Shown here: positions 61,430 through 64,000 of the stretch, piece after piece | How positions within the stretch are numbered: position 1 is the first letter of the stretch | Layout: the number at the start of each line of letters is the position of its first letter | Source of the DNA: Squalus acanthias | Lineage: Eukaryota | Reading direction: 5' to 3' | Length of the DNA: 64,000 nt | NCBI GenBank assembly: GCA_030390025.1 | Contig: CM059450.1 | Location: forward strand, 16,740,001-16,804,000 | Translations under genes and position numbers: made by a program | The notes under the pieces: model-generated | Database searches by the model: none | What the model was told of the DNA's origin: nothing | What the model saw: the letters and a program-made list of their open reading frames with translations, nothing else

Positions 61430-63672
61430 TGCAGCACTCCATTCTCTCAGATCCAATCCCAACATTGTCATTAAACCTGCTGACAAGGGTGGTGCTGTTG
61501 TTGTTTGGCGAACCGACCTCTACCTAGCGGAAGCTGAACGCCAACTCTCCGACACCTCCTCCTACCTCCGCCTGGACCATGACCCCACTACCGAACATCA
61601 AGCCACCGTTTCCAAGACTGTCACTGACCTCATCTCCTCTGGAGATCTTTCCCCCACAGCCGCCAACCTCATAGTTCCCCAACCCCACACAGCCCGCTTC
61701 TACCTCCTTCCCAAGATCCACAAACAGGACTGCCCTGGTAGACCCATCGTTTCAGCCTGTTCTTGCCCCATGGAGCTTATCTCTTCCTATCTCAACTCTA
61801 TTTTTTCTCCCCTTGTCCAGTCTCTTCCCACCTACATCCGCGACTCTTCCGACGCCCTCCGCACTTTAACAGTTTCCAGTTTCCTGGCCCCAACCGCCTC
61901 CTTTTCACTATGGACGTACAATCCCTCTACACCTCCATCCCCCACCAGGATGGCCTGAGGGCGCTCTGCTTCTTCCTTGAACAGAGGCCCAACCAGTCCC
62001 CATCCACCACCACCCTCCTCCGCCTGGCTGAACTTGTTCTCACATTGAACAACTTCTCCTTTGACTCCACTCACTTCCTCCAAATCCAAGGAGTTGCTAT
62101 GGGAACCCGCATGGGTCCTAGCTATGCCTGCCTTTTCGTGGGATATGTGGAACATTCTTTGTTCCAGTCCTACTCAGGTCCCCTCCCTCACCTCTTTTTC
62201 CGGTACATTGATGACTGTATCGGTGCCGTTTCCTGCTCTCGCCCTGAACTAGATAATTTCATTCACTTTGCTTCCAATTTCCATCCTTCCCTCACCTTCA
62301 CATGGTCCATCTCCGACTCTTCCCTTCCCTTCCTCGACTTCTCTGTCTCCATCTCTGGGGATAGGTTATTGACAAACATTCACTACAAGCCCACTGACTC
62401 CCACAGCTACCTGGACTACACTTCCTCCCACCCCGCTTCCTGTAAGGACTCTATTCCATTCTCCCAGTTTCTCCGTCTCTGCCGCATCTGCTCTGACGAT
62501 GCCACCTTCCATACCAGTGCTTCCGACGTGTCTTCCTTTTTCCTCAACCGAGGATTCCCCTCTACTGTGGTTGACACGGCCCTCGACAGTGTTCGTTCTA
62601 TCTCCCGCACTTCTGCCCTCACTCCTGCCCCTCCCTCCCGGAACCACGATAGAGTTCCCCTTGTCCTCACCTTTCACCCCACCAGCCTCCACATTCAACG
62701 GATTATCCTCCGCCATTTCTGCCACCTCCAGCGTGATCCCACCACCAAACACATCTTCTCCTCACCTCCCCTTTCAGCATTCCATAGGGACCGCTCCCTC
62801 CGCGACACCCTAGTCCACTCTTCTATCACCCCCAACACCCCTTCCCCTTCGCCCGGCACCTTCCCGTGCAAGCGCAGGAGATGCAACACCTGCCCTTATA
62901 CCTCCCCCCTTCCCACTGTCCAGGGCCCCAAACATTCCTTCCAGGTGAAACAGCGATTTACTTGTACTTCTTACAATTTAGTATACTGTATTCGCTGCTC
63001 ACGATGTGGACTCCTCTACATTGGGGAGACCAAACGCAGATTGGGTGACCGCTTTGCGGAACACCTCCGTTCAGTCCATAAGGGGGACCCCAAGCTTCCG
63101 GTCGCCTGTCACTTTAATTCTCCGCTCCACTCCCACTCTGACCTCTCCGCCCTCGGCCTCTTGCATTGTTCCACTGAAGCTCAGCATAAGCTCGAGGAAC
63201 AGCACCTCATCTTTCGATTAGGCACTTTACAGCCTTCTGGACTCAACATAGAGTTCAACAATTTAGACCATAACCTCGGCCCCGATCATATATATATTTT
63301 TTATCCACACTTTTTGTTTGTGTCTTTTCTTCTCTCTCACATGGCAGCTGTCTTTCATTCTGCCAGCGCAATTTACACTTCATCTCGAGCCATCCTTTGT
63401 TCCGTAACCTGTCCCATTACCACCTCCTTTTGCCTTGAATATCCCTTAATGTCTCTTAATCTCGCCTGCCTTCTATCCTATCACAGACCTTCCCTTTTGT
63501 TCTTTCATCCCCTCCCCCATTTCCCAGCCCCTGCACTTGCTTAAAAATCTGTTCCATTTCCTGCTTTTTTCCAGTTCTGACGAAGGGTCATCGACCTGAA
63601 ACGTTAACTCTGTTTCTCTCTTCACAGATGCTGCCTGACCTGCTGAGTATCTCCAGCATTTTCTGTTTTTAT
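61430..63672 (+). mobile_element. Penelope-like retroelement (RT and GIY-YIG endonuclease), 5'-truncated, frameshift near 61860
   Basis: IKPADKGGAVVV, YLLPKIHK..GRPIVS, MDVQSLYTSIP, GVAMGTRMGPSYA, RYIDD, VYCIRC..YIGET. Confidence 0.95.
63573..63609 (+). ncRNA. Minimal type I hammerhead ribozyme (family A) in the Penelope 3' terminal repeat
   Basis: AGTT-CTGACGA-A-GGGTC ATC GACCT-GAAA-CG-TT-AACT. Confidence 0.75.
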
Positions 63673-64000
63673 TTTATATTATATAAGAGAAACACTGTAT
63701 TTTACAGCAGATAATCAAAAACATGCACTTCACTAACGAGATCTCTTATAAACTTCTTTCCAAATCACTTCGGCGGAGATGTGCACCCCTCTCCCCACAT
63801 CAACCCCTCCAGCAGCTAAGCACCCTCCCCCTCCACCTCCCCTCAATAACAGGGTAAGTTCTGAGTCAGCAGGAGATCTGCCAATATTCCAGCCACCACA
63901 CCCTGGACATCACACTTTGTTAGAGGTTGTAAAACAATCTTCAGATGATGCATGCTTCTTGCTTACAAATTCATACTGACAGGCACATCCCAGTCTCTGT

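Overview
Repeat-rich vertebrate genomic DNA, most likely from a shark or other elasmobranch. This is inferred from the repeat families: CR1/HER1-type LINEs, DeuSINE/SacSINE1-like SINEs, HE1-like tails, L2, RTE, Tx1, Penelope-like elements and Harbinger-like MITEs. The window is eukaryotic, so most short ORFs in the track are retroelement debris or noise. Main result: a complete, phase-compatible 5-exon gene on the minus strand (49069 to 28737, 247 aa) encoding an inhibitory immune receptor. It has a leader, one antigen-receptor-like V domain with a germline-joined J motif (FGNGTKL), a stalk with a free Cys, an uncharged TM and a tail with two tyrosine motifs (IHYASV, MVYAEV). This architecture closely resembles NITRs, which are described mainly from ray-finned fish. 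Intron 3 of this gene holds an intact, spliceable 3-exon Harbinger-type Myb/SANT gene (491 aa) in the same orientation, and its last exon is in phase with the receptor TM exon. Also present: minimal hammerhead ribozymes in Penelope-like ends, a near full-length CR1 with a tandem-monomer 5' end and nested insertions, a solo LTR, several MITEs with 3-bp TSDs, an RTE with a 128-bp TSD, and an RPL27 processed pseudogene. All gene models were read by eye and need RNA confirmation.
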